Below are positions 9,766 to 18,482 of a stretch of 64,000 nt of DNA, piece by piece. A program made the position numbers and the translations under genes. The stretch covers positions 32,001 to 96,000 of the forward strand of contig CAVZLN010000006.1 of assembly GCA_963776245.1 (NCBI GenBank). The letters are read 5' to 3'. Under the pieces are notes generated by a model. The model did no database searches and was not told where the DNA came from. It was given only the letters and a program-made list of their open reading frames with translations. The stretch comes from Candidatus Eiseniibacteriota bacterium. GTDB taxonomy: Bacteria; Eisenbacteria; RBG-16-71-46. Numbering within the stretch: the stretch's first letter is position 1; each line of letters begins with the position of its first letter.

Positions 9766-10632
9766 ATGAAGCCCATCGAACTCTCGATCCCGATCGGCAT
9801 CGGCACGCCGGCGTGGCCCACCTACGAGCCGCTGCAGATCAAGTACTTCAAGCGCCTCGCCCCCAACGGCGCCAACGGCCAGATCATCACCCACTCCAAC
9901 CACGTCGGCACCCACCTCGACGGCGAGATCCATTTCTACACCCCGGGCAAGGACATCGCGCAGCTCTCGCTCGACTACCTGGTGGGCGAGGCCGCGATCG
10001 TGGACCTGTCCGACGCGTGCGGGGACTACGACGTGTACACCTCGAAGATGGTGGAGGAGCGCGTCGAGGTGAAGGACGGCGACATCCTCCTCATCCACAC
10101 CGGCTATCACCACTACGGCTGGGACCAGCCGACCGCGGACGAGATCGCCTACATGGTCAAGCACCCCGGCCCCGACCGCGAGTTCGCGGAGTGGTGCAAG
10201 AAGAAGAAGCTGCGCTGGCTCGGGGTGGACTGCGGCAGCGCCGACCATCCGATGAACACCATCATCCGGGAGTGGATGCCGCGCCAGGCGCGCCAGGCCG
10301 ATCAGCACTTCCGCACCCGCTACGGCAAGCCGCTCGCCGAGTTCTTCGACGACTCGAAGTACCAGCTCATGCACATCGAGATGTTCAACCACGGCATCAT
10401 CCACGCCGAGTGCCTGGGCGGCGACATCGACCTGCTGCTGAACCAGCGCTGCACCGTCGGCTGCTTCCCGTGGCGCCTGGTGGACGGCGAGGCGTGCATC
10501 TCGCGCATCGTCGCGTTCGTGGACGACGCCCGTCACGCCGAACTGATGAAGAAGAAGGCGTCGTGCGCCCTGACCCGGCACGGCGACATCGCCGGCGCGT
10601 CGTGCCCCGAACTGCACGGCAAGCAGCGCTGA
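9766..10632 (+). CDS. Cyclase family metal-dependent amidohydrolase (kynurenine formamidase/isatin hydrolase-like)
   Basis: HSNHVGTHLDGEIH (HxGTHxD), GDILLIHTG, GVDCGSADHP, HAECLGG. Confidence 0.9.
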   Translation: MKPIELSIPIGIGTPAWPTYEPLQIKYFKRLAPNGANGQIITHSNHVGTHLDGEIHFYTPGKDIAQLSLDYLVGEAAIVDLSDACGDYDVYTSKMVEERVEVKDGDILLIHTGYHHYGWDQPTADEIAYMVKHPGPDREFAEWCKKKKLRWLGVDCGSADHPMNTIIREWMPRQARQADQHFRTRYGKPLAEFFDDSKYQLMHIEMFNHGIIHAECLGGDIDLLLNQRCTVGCFPWRLVDGEACISRIVAFVDDARHAELMKKKASCALTRHGDIAGASCPELHGKQR

Positions 10633-10646
10633 ACGACCCCACGCCC

Positions 10647-11402
10647 GTGCTGCGGGCGGAGCGCGCCGGCCCGCTGGCGGCCGACGCGCTCCGTGCCGGG
10701 GCCGCCGGGCGGGTGGTGGACGTCTCCTCGCGCGCGGCGTTCGTGCGCCTCGACGACGGTCCGCTGGTCGCGGTGCTCCCCGCCGCGACGCCGCTCCATC
10801 CGTGGGCGGTAGTCGCCGCGGCCGGGGCCCCTCCCGAGGCCGGCGCGGCCGTGCGTCTCTCGGTCGACGGAGCGGCGGTCCCCGGTCTGTGTCTGACCGC
10901 ACGGCCCGCGACATTCCACCCGGGCCTCGTCCGTGCGCTCGCGTCGCTGGTGCGCGCCCCAGCACGCCCGGATGACTTCGACGAGGCGCTGTCCGGCGGG
11001 CTCCACCGCTTCCGCGCGCTCGGCGACGCCCGCGCGCTTGCCGGGCTGGTGGGGCTCGGCCCGGGCCTCACACCTTCGGGGGACGACATCGTGGTGGGCG
11101 CGCTCGCGGCGCTCGACCTCGCGCAGGAGGCACGGCCCGCCGCGGCCGGGCTGCGCGACGCGCTCGCAGCGGCGCTCGACGGGAAGATCGCGTTTCGCAC
11201 CCCGCGGCTGTCGGCCCAGCTGCTGTCGGCCGCGCTCGCGGGGTTCTATGCCGAGCCGCTGCTCGCGCTGCTCGAGGCGCTCGCGACTGCCGGATCGCCC
11301 GGCGCGCTTGCCGCGGCGGCGGACGCCCTCACTGCGGTCGGCCATCGAAGCGGGACCGATATGTTGCGCGGGGTCGCGGCGGCGATGGAGTGCGTGGGAT
11401 GA
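10647..11402 (+). CDS. ylbF: YlbF/YahE/AllH family protein (DUF2877)
   Basis: LVGLGPGLTPSGDDIVVG and VGHRSGTDMLRG signature motifs; GTG start is approximate. Confidence 0.85.
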   Translation: MLRAERAGPLAADALRAGAAGRVVDVSSRAAFVRLDDGPLVAVLPAATPLHPWAVVAAAGAPPEAGAAVRLSVDGAAVPGLCLTARPATFHPGLVRALASLVRAPARPDDFDEALSGGLHRFRALGDARALAGLVGLGPGLTPSGDDIVVGALAALDLAQEARPAAAGLRDALAAALDGKIAFRTPRLSAQLLSAALAGFYAEPLLALLEALATAGSPGALAAAADALTAVGHRSGTDMLRGVAAAMECVG

Positions 11403-11415
11403 CCCGCCCGAACTC

Positions 11416-13263
11416 CTAGCGGATCCACACCACCTTGCCCGACGCGTTCCCCGCGTCGGTGCGCAGGTCCCAGAAGTAGATGCCGCTCGCCAGTGACTCG
11501 GGAAAACGCCATCCCAGCCGGCTCTCGCCCGCGTGCAGCTCGCCCGCGGCGCGATGCACGCGCTCGCCCTCGAGGGACACCACGTCGAGCGAGTACCGCG
11601 AAGACCGCGGCAGGGTGACCGTGAGTTCGGCGCCCTCGGCCCGCACACGGGCGACCGGATTGGGCCACTCCGTGACGTGGAGGCCTGCGGGAGGCGCGCC
11701 CGGCCGGCCCACGCCGAGCTCCTGGGGCACCGGGCTCTCCAGGTGCCGGATGATATTGAGCACGACCTGTCGGACGACCGGGTTGCCCGTGGTGCCGACG
11801 TAGTACCAGAGGTCGTCGCCAAGATGGCGGTAGGGCATCGTGAAGACGGCGCCCTGGCCAGGCTGCTGGTACCCACCCATGACCCCCCAGCACGGAGACA
11901 CCGGGTGCGAGGTACCATACGGGTTGGCCTCGCACGTCGCGGCGATCGCGAACGACCAGGGCGTTCCCCGGGCGTAGGCGTCCGCCATCAGCGTGGGCCT
12001 GCCGTCGGCGGTGGACGGATCGCCGAACCATGTGAGCTTCGCGCCATCCACCTCGTCGCCCGGCAGGTGGGTGGCGCCGAGCTTCGCGCCCTTCGCCAGA
12101 CCGGTGTTCGCGAACGCCCAGTGCGTCGAGTCGCGCACCGTCCAGTCGGTCGGGGTGCCTTGCCCGTCGCTGTCCAGGGACGCCTGCGTGGCGTCCCCCC
12201 AGTCGAGGCCGGTGAGCGAATACGCCCCGCGGTTGGCCGGCGGGAGTCTCCAGTTGTAGGTGCCGGGGTGCAGCGGATGGGGTCCGGTCGGCCCATAGAG
12301 GTACTGCTGCCCGGGCAGGATGCCGCGCGTGCCGCCATCGGCGTCGCTGATGTTGTCGCCCTTGTAACAGATCAGCTGGCGCATGTCGGTGGAGTACTCG
12401 GTCCGCCACCAGCAGGTGTTGCCGGTGGCGAAGAAGACGTTGCCGCCGCTGGCGATGTACGCCTCGACGGCGTCCCGCTGGGACTCGGACCAGTACTCCG
12501 AGTGCCCGGTGAACACCACTTCCTGGTACGCGCTGAGCAGGGCGAGTCCCTGGACGTGGATGTCCTCCATGGTGGCGTAGTCGGCCTCCACGCCGGACAG
12601 GGCGAGGAAGCGCACCCACGGCAGGTCGAACTGGGCGAACTGGCCACGCCCGTCGTTGGTGTCCGCCGGGCGCTCGAGCGAGGCCATGTTGGTGCGGTCG
12701 GCGGACAGCTTGTCGTAGAGGGAGCGCCCGCCCCAGGCCTGATAGGCGAAGCAGGTCGAGGTGGAGGGAACCACTAGGATGGGGTGGGTCGGCTGCGGGT
12801 TGCGGACGAAGAACGGCACCTGTTGACGCATGAAGCTGGGCTCACCGTCCTCGGGCCACACCTCGACGTAGTACGCCGCGCTGACCCAATCGGCCGGAAC
12901 GACGACCCGCAGCGTCGGCGCCCAGCCGCAGCCGGTCGACGACACCCCGACGTTGACGCCGGCCGCGTCCGTGACCAGTTGATGGCCGGCGGGCGTGTGG
13001 GGGTGGTGGGCTCCGGTGCCGTCGTACACGTAGGTCTCGCTCGCGCCCACCCGCTGGAAGCGGATCCCCACCGTCGGCGACTTCGAGCACACGAAGATCG
13101 ACAGCGTGTCCCCCGCCACCACCGAGGGCGGCCAGACATAGGCGTAGATCGACTTGATGGGGGCGCCGGTCCAGGTCGGATCCAGCGGATCGACCATCGC
13201 GGCGGTGGCCGGGGACGCGGCGGCCAGCGCCAGTCCGAGCGCGCCGTGGAGCCACCACGGCAT
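11416..13263 (-). CDS. Secreted N,N-dimethylformamidase beta-subunit-like (DUF6605) protein with C-terminal FlgD/T9SS-CTD-like domain
   Basis: Signal peptide; TCFAYQAWGGRSLY, GHSEYWS, GGNVFFATGNTCWW, GDEVD; C-terminus WPNP...LASGIYFWDL...KVVWIR. Confidence 0.75.
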   Translation of the reverse strand: MPWWLHGALGLALAAASPATAAMVDPLDPTWTGAPIKSIYAYVWPPSVVAGDTLSIFVCSKSPTVGIRFQRVGASETYVYDGTGAHHPHTPAGHQLVTDAAGVNVGVSSTGCGWAPTLRVVVPADWVSAAYYVEVWPEDGEPSFMRQQVPFFVRNPQPTHPILVVPSTSTCFAYQAWGGRSLYDKLSADRTNMASLERPADTNDGRGQFAQFDLPWVRFLALSGVEADYATMEDIHVQGLALLSAYQEVVFTGHSEYWSESQRDAVEAYIASGGNVFFATGNTCWWRTEYSTDMRQLICYKGDNISDADGGTRGILPGQQYLYGPTGPHPLHPGTYNWRLPPANRGAYSLTGLDWGDATQASLDSDGQGTPTDWTVRDSTHWAFANTGLAKGAKLGATHLPGDEVDGAKLTWFGDPSTADGRPTLMADAYARGTPWSFAIAATCEANPYGTSHPVSPCWGVMGGYQQPGQGAVFTMPYRHLGDDLWYYVGTTGNPVVRQVVLNIIRHLESPVPQELGVGRPGAPPAGLHVTEWPNPVARVRAEGAELTVTLPRSSRYSLDVVSLEGERVHRAAGELHAGESRLGWRFPESLASGIYFWDLRTDAGNASGKVVWIR

Positions 13264-13467
13264 GAGCACCGATCGCGGTCTCAGATACACACCGGGACAC
13301 TCCCTGGGGGGGGCCAGTGGGAACGCGACGGTGCCGGGACGCACGTTCGCCCGGCGGGACGGCTATAAGCGTACGGCGGCCCGGGGGTTTCCGCCAGCGG
13401 CGCCATCCGGACCGGCCGGCGCCACGCGGGGCCGGGCCGGCGGCGGTCCCCCGGCGCGAATCCCCCG

Positions 13468-13496
13468 TTGACCAACGAACGTTCGTTCGTTAACGT
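13468..13496 (+). promoter_or_regulatory. sigma70-type promoter of the had-bcr operon with a palindromic TetR-type operator in the spacer
   Basis: TTGACC(13468-73)-N17-TAACGT(13491-96); perfect 14-bp palindrome AACGAACGTTCGTT at 13474-13487; 48 nt upstream of the had ATG. Confidence 0.75.
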
Positions 13497-13544
13497 CCGC
13501 GGGTCGGGAGCCCCCCAGCTTCCCTGTCGCCGCGAGGTCCGCGC

Positions 13545-14606
13545 ATGAACGCTCCTGTCGCGTATTTCCTCGACGCGCCCGCCGCACCGCTGGTGCCGCG
13601 CGCGCTCGAGCTGGCCCCGCCCGGGCCCGGCGAGGCCGTCGTCGAGGTCCTCGCCTGCGGCCTGTGCCACACCGACCTCGGGTTCGCCGACGGCTCGGTG
13701 CGCCCCAATCACGCGCTTCCCCTGGTGCTCGGCCACGAGGTCGTGGGCACCGTCACCGCGACCGGGGACGGCGTGACGCTGAAGACCGGCACCCGCGTCA
13801 TCGTGCCCGCGGTGCTGCCGTGCGGCACGTGCGCGTTCTGCCGCGCGGGCCGCGGGAACGCCTGCCCCTCGCAGAAGATGCCCGGCAACGACATCCACGG
13901 CGGCTTCGCCACCCACCTGCTGGTGCCGGCCGCCCCGCTGGTCTCGCTCGACGGTCTGCCCGCGGGCGTGGACGTCCGGATGCTCTCGGTGGTGGCCGAC
14001 GCGGTCTCGACCGCGTACCAGGCGGTGCGCCGCGCGGACCTCAAGGCCGGGGATGTCGCGTTCGTCGTCGGCGCGGGCGGCGTGGGCGGATTCGTCACCC
14101 AGATCGCGCACGCCATGGGCGCACGGGTCGCGGTGTGCGACGTGCAGCCGGCCCGCCTCGCGCAGTTGCTCGCCCACGGCGCCGCGCACACCGCGGACGT
14201 CCGTGATCGCACGCCCCAGGAGGTCCGCAAGGAGCTGCACGCGCTGGCGCGCGGATGGGACGTGCCCTCGCTGCGCTGGCGCGTCTTCGAGTGCAGCGGG
14301 AGCCCCGCCGGGCAGACGCTCGCCTTCGGGCTCCTCTCCCGCGGCGCGACCCTGCTGCAGGTGGGCTACACCATCCAGACGGTGGAGGTGCGCCTCTCCA
14401 ACCTGATGGCGTTCGACGCCACCATTCACGGCACCTGGGGCTGTCCGCCGGAGGCGTATGCCGATGTGCTGCGCCTGATCGCCGAGGGCAAGGTGGCGCT
14501 CGAGCCGTTCGTCGAGCACGCGCCGATGTCCTCGATCAACGAACTGCTCGACGCCCTGGCGCATCACCGGCTGGAGCGCCGCATGATCCTCGACCCTCGC
14601 CGCTAG
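13545..14606 (+). CDS. had: 6-hydroxycyclohex-1-ene-1-carbonyl-CoA dehydrogenase
   Basis: Zn-MDR motifs CGLCHTDL, LGHE, CGTCAFC; Had-specific MPGNDIHGGFATH, RLSNLMAFDA, GTWGCPP; bcr context. Confidence 0.92.
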   Translation: MNAPVAYFLDAPAAPLVPRALELAPPGPGEAVVEVLACGLCHTDLGFADGSVRPNHALPLVLGHEVVGTVTATGDGVTLKTGTRVIVPAVLPCGTCAFCRAGRGNACPSQKMPGNDIHGGFATHLLVPAAPLVSLDGLPAGVDVRMLSVVADAVSTAYQAVRRADLKAGDVAFVVGAGGVGGFVTQIAHAMGARVAVCDVQPARLAQLLAHGAAHTADVRDRTPQEVRKELHALARGWDVPSLRWRVFECSGSPAGQTLAFGLLSRGATLLQVGYTIQTVEVRLSNLMAFDATIHGTWGCPPEAYADVLRLIAEGKVALEPFVEHAPMSSINELLDALAHHRLERRMILDPRR

Positions 14607-14616
14607 GGAGCCGCCG

Positions 14617-15750
14617 ATGCCCGAGACCACGCACCCGCCGGTCGCCATGAAGAGCCACGAGCTCGACCCGGAGTTCCGTTTCCGCTCCATCCGCTACGAG
14701 GAGCGCCCGGTGCTGGGCCGCGACGGCACTCCCGTCGCCGGCCTGCACCAGACCTGGATCTGGCTCGACAACGAGAAGCAGCTCAACTCCTACACCACCG
14801 ACGCGGTGAAGGAGATCATCCTGGCGTTCCGCCGCGCCAGCATGGACCGCCGCAGCGTGGCGGTGGTGTTCACGGCGGTGGGGGCGCGCTCCTTCTGCAC
14901 CGGCGGCAACACCGAGGAGTACGCGGTCTATTACGCCGGACGCCCGCTCGAGTACCTGCAGTACATGCGCCTGTTCAACGACATGGTCACCGCCATCCTG
15001 CTGTGCGACAAGCCGGTGATCTGCCGCGTCAACGGCATGCGCATCGGGGGCGGTCAGGAGATCGGCATGGCGTGCGACTTCTCGATCGCCGGCGACCACG
15101 CGCGCTTCGGCCAGGCCGGCCCGGTGCACGGCTCCGCGCCCGATGGCGGGTCGACCGACTTCCTCCACCTCTACGTGGGGTTCGGGAACGCGGCGGAGTC
15201 GCTGGTGTTGTGCGAGCCATGGTCGGCGCACAAGGCGCAGCGCCTCGGACTGGTGAACGAGATCGTGCCGGTGCACCGCGGCGCGGACGGCGCGTGGCTG
15301 CCCAACCCGTACGCGCACACCGACCGCTGGACCGACGCGATGGGCCGCGTCGTGTTCGGCGACTGGAAGACCGGGGACGACGCCCGCGCGGCCAAGGCGG
15401 CGGCCGCCGCGTGCACCGTCGATCTCGCGCTGCTGGACGAGGCGGTGGACCGGATGGTCACCAAGCTCATGCACACCTTCCCCGACTGCACGCGCAAGAC
15501 GCTCGAGAGCCTGCGCAAGAAGAAGCTCGAGCACTGGTACGCCAACAGCGAGACCAACCGCTCGTGGCTGGCGCTCAACATGAACACCGAGGCGGCGGCG
15601 GGATTCCCCGCGTTCCACTTCGGGGACAACAACGAGCGCACGATCGACTTCGCGGAGATGCGGCGCGCGTATGCGGAAGGCGCCCGCTTCGACGCCGACC
15701 TGGTGCGCCGCGTGCTGCCGCCCTCGGCGCGCGCGCGGATGGACACGTGA
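14617..15750 (+). CDS. oah: 6-oxocyclohex-1-ene-1-carbonyl-CoA hydrolase
   Basis: WLDNEKQLNSYTT, FCTGGNTEEYA, YMRLFNDMV, GQAGPVHGSAPDGGSTDFL, RSWLALNMNTEA. Confidence 0.94.
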   Translation: MPETTHPPVAMKSHELDPEFRFRSIRYEERPVLGRDGTPVAGLHQTWIWLDNEKQLNSYTTDAVKEIILAFRRASMDRRSVAVVFTAVGARSFCTGGNTEEYAVYYAGRPLEYLQYMRLFNDMVTAILLCDKPVICRVNGMRIGGGQEIGMACDFSIAGDHARFGQAGPVHGSAPDGGSTDFLHLYVGFGNAAESLVLCEPWSAHKAQRLGLVNEIVPVHRGADGAWLPNPYAHTDRWTDAMGRVVFGDWKTGDDARAAKAAAAACTVDLALLDEAVDRMVTKLMHTFPDCTRKTLESLRKKKLEHWYANSETNRSWLALNMNTEAAAGFPAFHFGDNNERTIDFAEMRRAYAEGARFDADLVRRVLPPSARARMDT

Positions 15751-15760
15751 GGAGGCGACG

Positions 15761-16561
15761 ATGAACCTCCCCCCTGCCCCCTCCTCCCTGTCGCGCGCGG
15801 AGCTGATCGAGCACGGCACGGTATTGCGCATCGTGATGGACAAGCCCAAGGGCAACGTGCTCTCGCGCGCGATGATGTCCGAGCTCGCGGCCACCCTCGC
15901 GGCGCACCGCGACCTGCCCCACCTGCGGCTGGTGATCCTGCGCGGTGCGGGCGGCCACTTCTCCTTCGGTGCCGCGGTCGAGGAGCACGTGCCCGAACTG
16001 GCGGCCGCGATGCTCGCGGAGTTCCACGCCTTCATCCGCGCGCTCGCGGCCTATCCGGTGCCGGTGGCGGCGCTGGTCGAGGGACGCTGCCTGGGCGGGG
16101 CGTTCGAGACCGTGCTCGCCTGCCATCTGGTGTTCGCCGCGTCGAACGCGCGCTTCGGCTGCCCCGAGATCAAGCTCGGCGTGTTCCCTCCGGTGCTCGC
16201 GGCGGCGGGCGCGCTGCGGCTCGGCGGCGCGCTCGCCGAGCGGCTGCTGGTCACCGGCGACGAGCTCGACGCCGCGGCCGCGGCGCGTGCCGGGCTGGTC
16301 GCGCGCGTGCTCGAGGACGGCACCGACCCCGAGGCCGCGGTGCTCGAGTGGTACCGCGAGCGACTCGCGCCCCTGTCGGCGTTCTCGCTGCGCGCCGCGA
16401 CCCGCGCCGCGCGGGAGGGCTCGGGCCTGCTCGCCGCCCTCGGGGCGCCGCTCGACGCCGCGGAGCGGCTCTACCTCGAGCGGCTGGTGCCGAGCTACGA
16501 CGGCAACGAGGGCGTCGCCGCGTTCCTGGCGCGTCGCGCGCCGGTCTGGAAGGACGCGTGA
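15761..16561 (+). CDS. dch: Cyclohexa-1,5-diene-1-carbonyl-CoA hydratase
   Basis: Crotonase fold with PKGNV, HFSFGAAVEEH, CLGG, PEIKLGVFPP; position in the bcr operon. Confidence 0.9.
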   Translation: MNLPPAPSSLSRAELIEHGTVLRIVMDKPKGNVLSRAMMSELAATLAAHRDLPHLRLVILRGAGGHFSFGAAVEEHVPELAAAMLAEFHAFIRALAAYPVPVAALVEGRCLGGAFETVLACHLVFAASNARFGCPEIKLGVFPPVLAAAGALRLGGALAERLLVTGDELDAAAAARAGLVARVLEDGTDPEAAVLEWYRERLAPLSAFSLRAATRAAREGSGLLAALGAPLDAAERLYLERLVPSYDGNEGVAAFLARRAPVWKDA

Positions 16562-17265
16562 ACGATCCCCCCCGGCGCATCCCGCCCTCGCCGCGCGTGG
16601 CGCGCAAGGAGGCCGGGCGCGTGGACATCCTGCAGGCCGCGGCCGGCCTGCTGGCGACCCATGGGTATCACGGCATGTCGATGCGCGACCTCGCGGCCGC
16701 CGCCGGCATGAGCCTCGCCAATCTCTACAACTACTTCGGCTCGAAGGAGGACCTGCTGTTCGCGCTCCAGACGCGCTCCTTCGAGACCCTGATCGCCATC
16801 GCCGCGGAGGTCACGGCGGGCGCCGGGAACGCCGAGGCGCAGCTGCACGCGTTCATCCTCAGCCACGTGCGCTACGTGTCGAGCCATCGCGACGTCATGC
16901 GCGTGCTGGTCGAGGAGGCGGGCGGGCTGCCACCCGCACAACGCCGCGCCGTGCGCGCGCTCAAGGAGCGCTATTTCCGCCTCGGGCTCGCCACCGTGCG
17001 CGCGGCCCAGCCGCGCGGACGCCCGGCCGGCCGCCGGTCACTCGAACGCATCACCTACAGCATCTTCGGCATGCTCAACTGGGTGTACGCGTGGTACGAG
17101 CCGGGGCGTCACGGCTCGCCCCACGAGGTCGCGCGCACCATCCATCGTCTCGCGATGACCGGGATGGCCGGTCGCGCGTCCGGCCGCGCTTCGCTCACCG
17201 CCACCGAGCGTCACGTCGAGCGGGTGGCCGTCCGCTCCCCGATCCATCTGCACCCTCCCGACTGA
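16558..17265 (+). CDS. TetR-family regulator (PaaR/KstR2-like, probably acyl-CoA responsive)
   Basis: HTH GYHGMSMRDLAAAAGMSLANLYNYFGSKEDLL; C-terminal GMLNWVYAWY; GTG start overlaps the dch stop. Confidence 0.88.
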   Translation: MNDPPRRIPPSPRVARKEAGRVDILQAAAGLLATHGYHGMSMRDLAAAAGMSLANLYNYFGSKEDLLFALQTRSFETLIAIAAEVTAGAGNAEAQLHAFILSHVRYVSSHRDVMRVLVEEAGGLPPAQRRAVRALKERYFRLGLATVRAAQPRGRPAGRRSLERITYSIFGMLNWVYAWYEPGRHGSPHEVARTIHRLAMTGMAGRASGRASLTATERHVERVAVRSPIHLHPPD

Positions 17266-17276
17266 GGACGATCCCC

Positions 17277-18482
17277 ATGGATCCCGCCCGTACCGCCCCG
17301 ACCCCGCCGGACCCCTGCGCGCCGTTCCTCGAGCGCGCGCTGGAGCAGGTCGAGGACCACACCTTCGCCGCCGTGCGCGCGTGGAAGGCCGCCCATCCGG
17401 GAGCGCTCGCGATCGGGCACATGCCGATCTACGCGCCGCGCCCGCTGCTCGAGGCGATGGGATGCCTGCCGGTCGCCGTGTTCGGCGCCGGCGCGCAGAT
17501 CGACATCATCCGCGGCGATTCGTACTTCCAGTCCTACATGTGCCACATCCCGCGCAGCACGCTCGAGCTCGCGCTCAACGGCCACCTCGACGCGCTCGAC
17601 GGGATGCTGTTCCCGTCCATCTGCGACGTCATCCGCAATCTCGGCGGGATGTGGCACATGCTCTTCCCGGAGCGCTACGCGTTCTACCTCGATCTGCCGC
17701 AGAACTTCGACGCGGCGCTCGGCGGCCGCTTCTACGTCGAGCAGATGCGCACCGTGGCGCGCGACCTCGAGGCCCGCGGCGCGCGGCCGCTCACCGACGC
17801 CGCGCTCCGCGCGGCGCTCGCCGACGAGGACGCCCGGCGCGAGCGGCTGGCCACCCTCGACGCGCTGCGCCGTCGCGAGCCGTGGCGCGTGCGCTGTTCG
17901 GAGGCCTACCTGATCGTGCGCGCCGGCACCCAGATGCTGGCGCGGGAGCACACCGCCCTGCTCGACGCGTTCCTCGCCGCCGCCGCCGATCGCCCGGCCA
18001 GGGTCTTCGACAACGCGCGCGTCGTGCTGGTGGGATCGTTCTGCGAGCAGCCGCCGATCGAGCTGATCCGCACGCTCGAACGCGCCGGCTGCGACATCCT
18101 CGACGACGACCTGCAGCTCGGCCTGCGGATGATCGAGCAGCCGGTCGCGGCGGGCGCGGACGAGCCGCCGCTCGACGCGCTCGCCCGGGGCTACCTGGAG
18201 CACGGCGCGGCGACCGCTTCGCGGTACATCGCCGAGGGCGTCAAGGGCGCGGCGCTGATCGAGAAAGTGCGGGCCTGCGGCGCCGACGGCGTCATCTTCG
18301 CCGCCGCGTCGTTCTGCGACCCGGCGCTGCTCGACCAACCGATGCTGGAGGTCGCGCTGGACGCCGCCGGGATCCCGCACACCAGCGTGAAGTTCGCCGA
18401 GAACACCGGCCAGTTCCAGACCACGCGCGAGCAGGCCGGCGCGTTCTCCGACGCCGTCAAGCTCTGGGAGGGCCAGTCATGA
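17277..18482 (+). CDS. bcrC: Benzoyl-CoA reductase subunit C
   Basis: IIRGDSYFQSYMCHIPRST, FPSICDVIRNL, FCEQPP, SFCDPALLD, FAENTGQFQ..REQAGAFSD. Confidence 0.95.
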   Translation: MDPARTAPTPPDPCAPFLERALEQVEDHTFAAVRAWKAAHPGALAIGHMPIYAPRPLLEAMGCLPVAVFGAGAQIDIIRGDSYFQSYMCHIPRSTLELALNGHLDALDGMLFPSICDVIRNLGGMWHMLFPERYAFYLDLPQNFDAALGGRFYVEQMRTVARDLEARGARPLTDAALRAALADEDARRERLATLDALRRREPWRVRCSEAYLIVRAGTQMLAREHTALLDAFLAAAADRPARVFDNARVVLVGSFCEQPPIELIRTLERAGCDILDDDLQLGLRMIEQPVAAGADEPPLDALARGYLEHGAATASRYIAEGVKGAALIEKVRACGADGVIFAAASFCDPALLDQPMLEVALDAAGIPHTSVKFAENTGQFQTTREQAGAFSDAVKLWEGQS

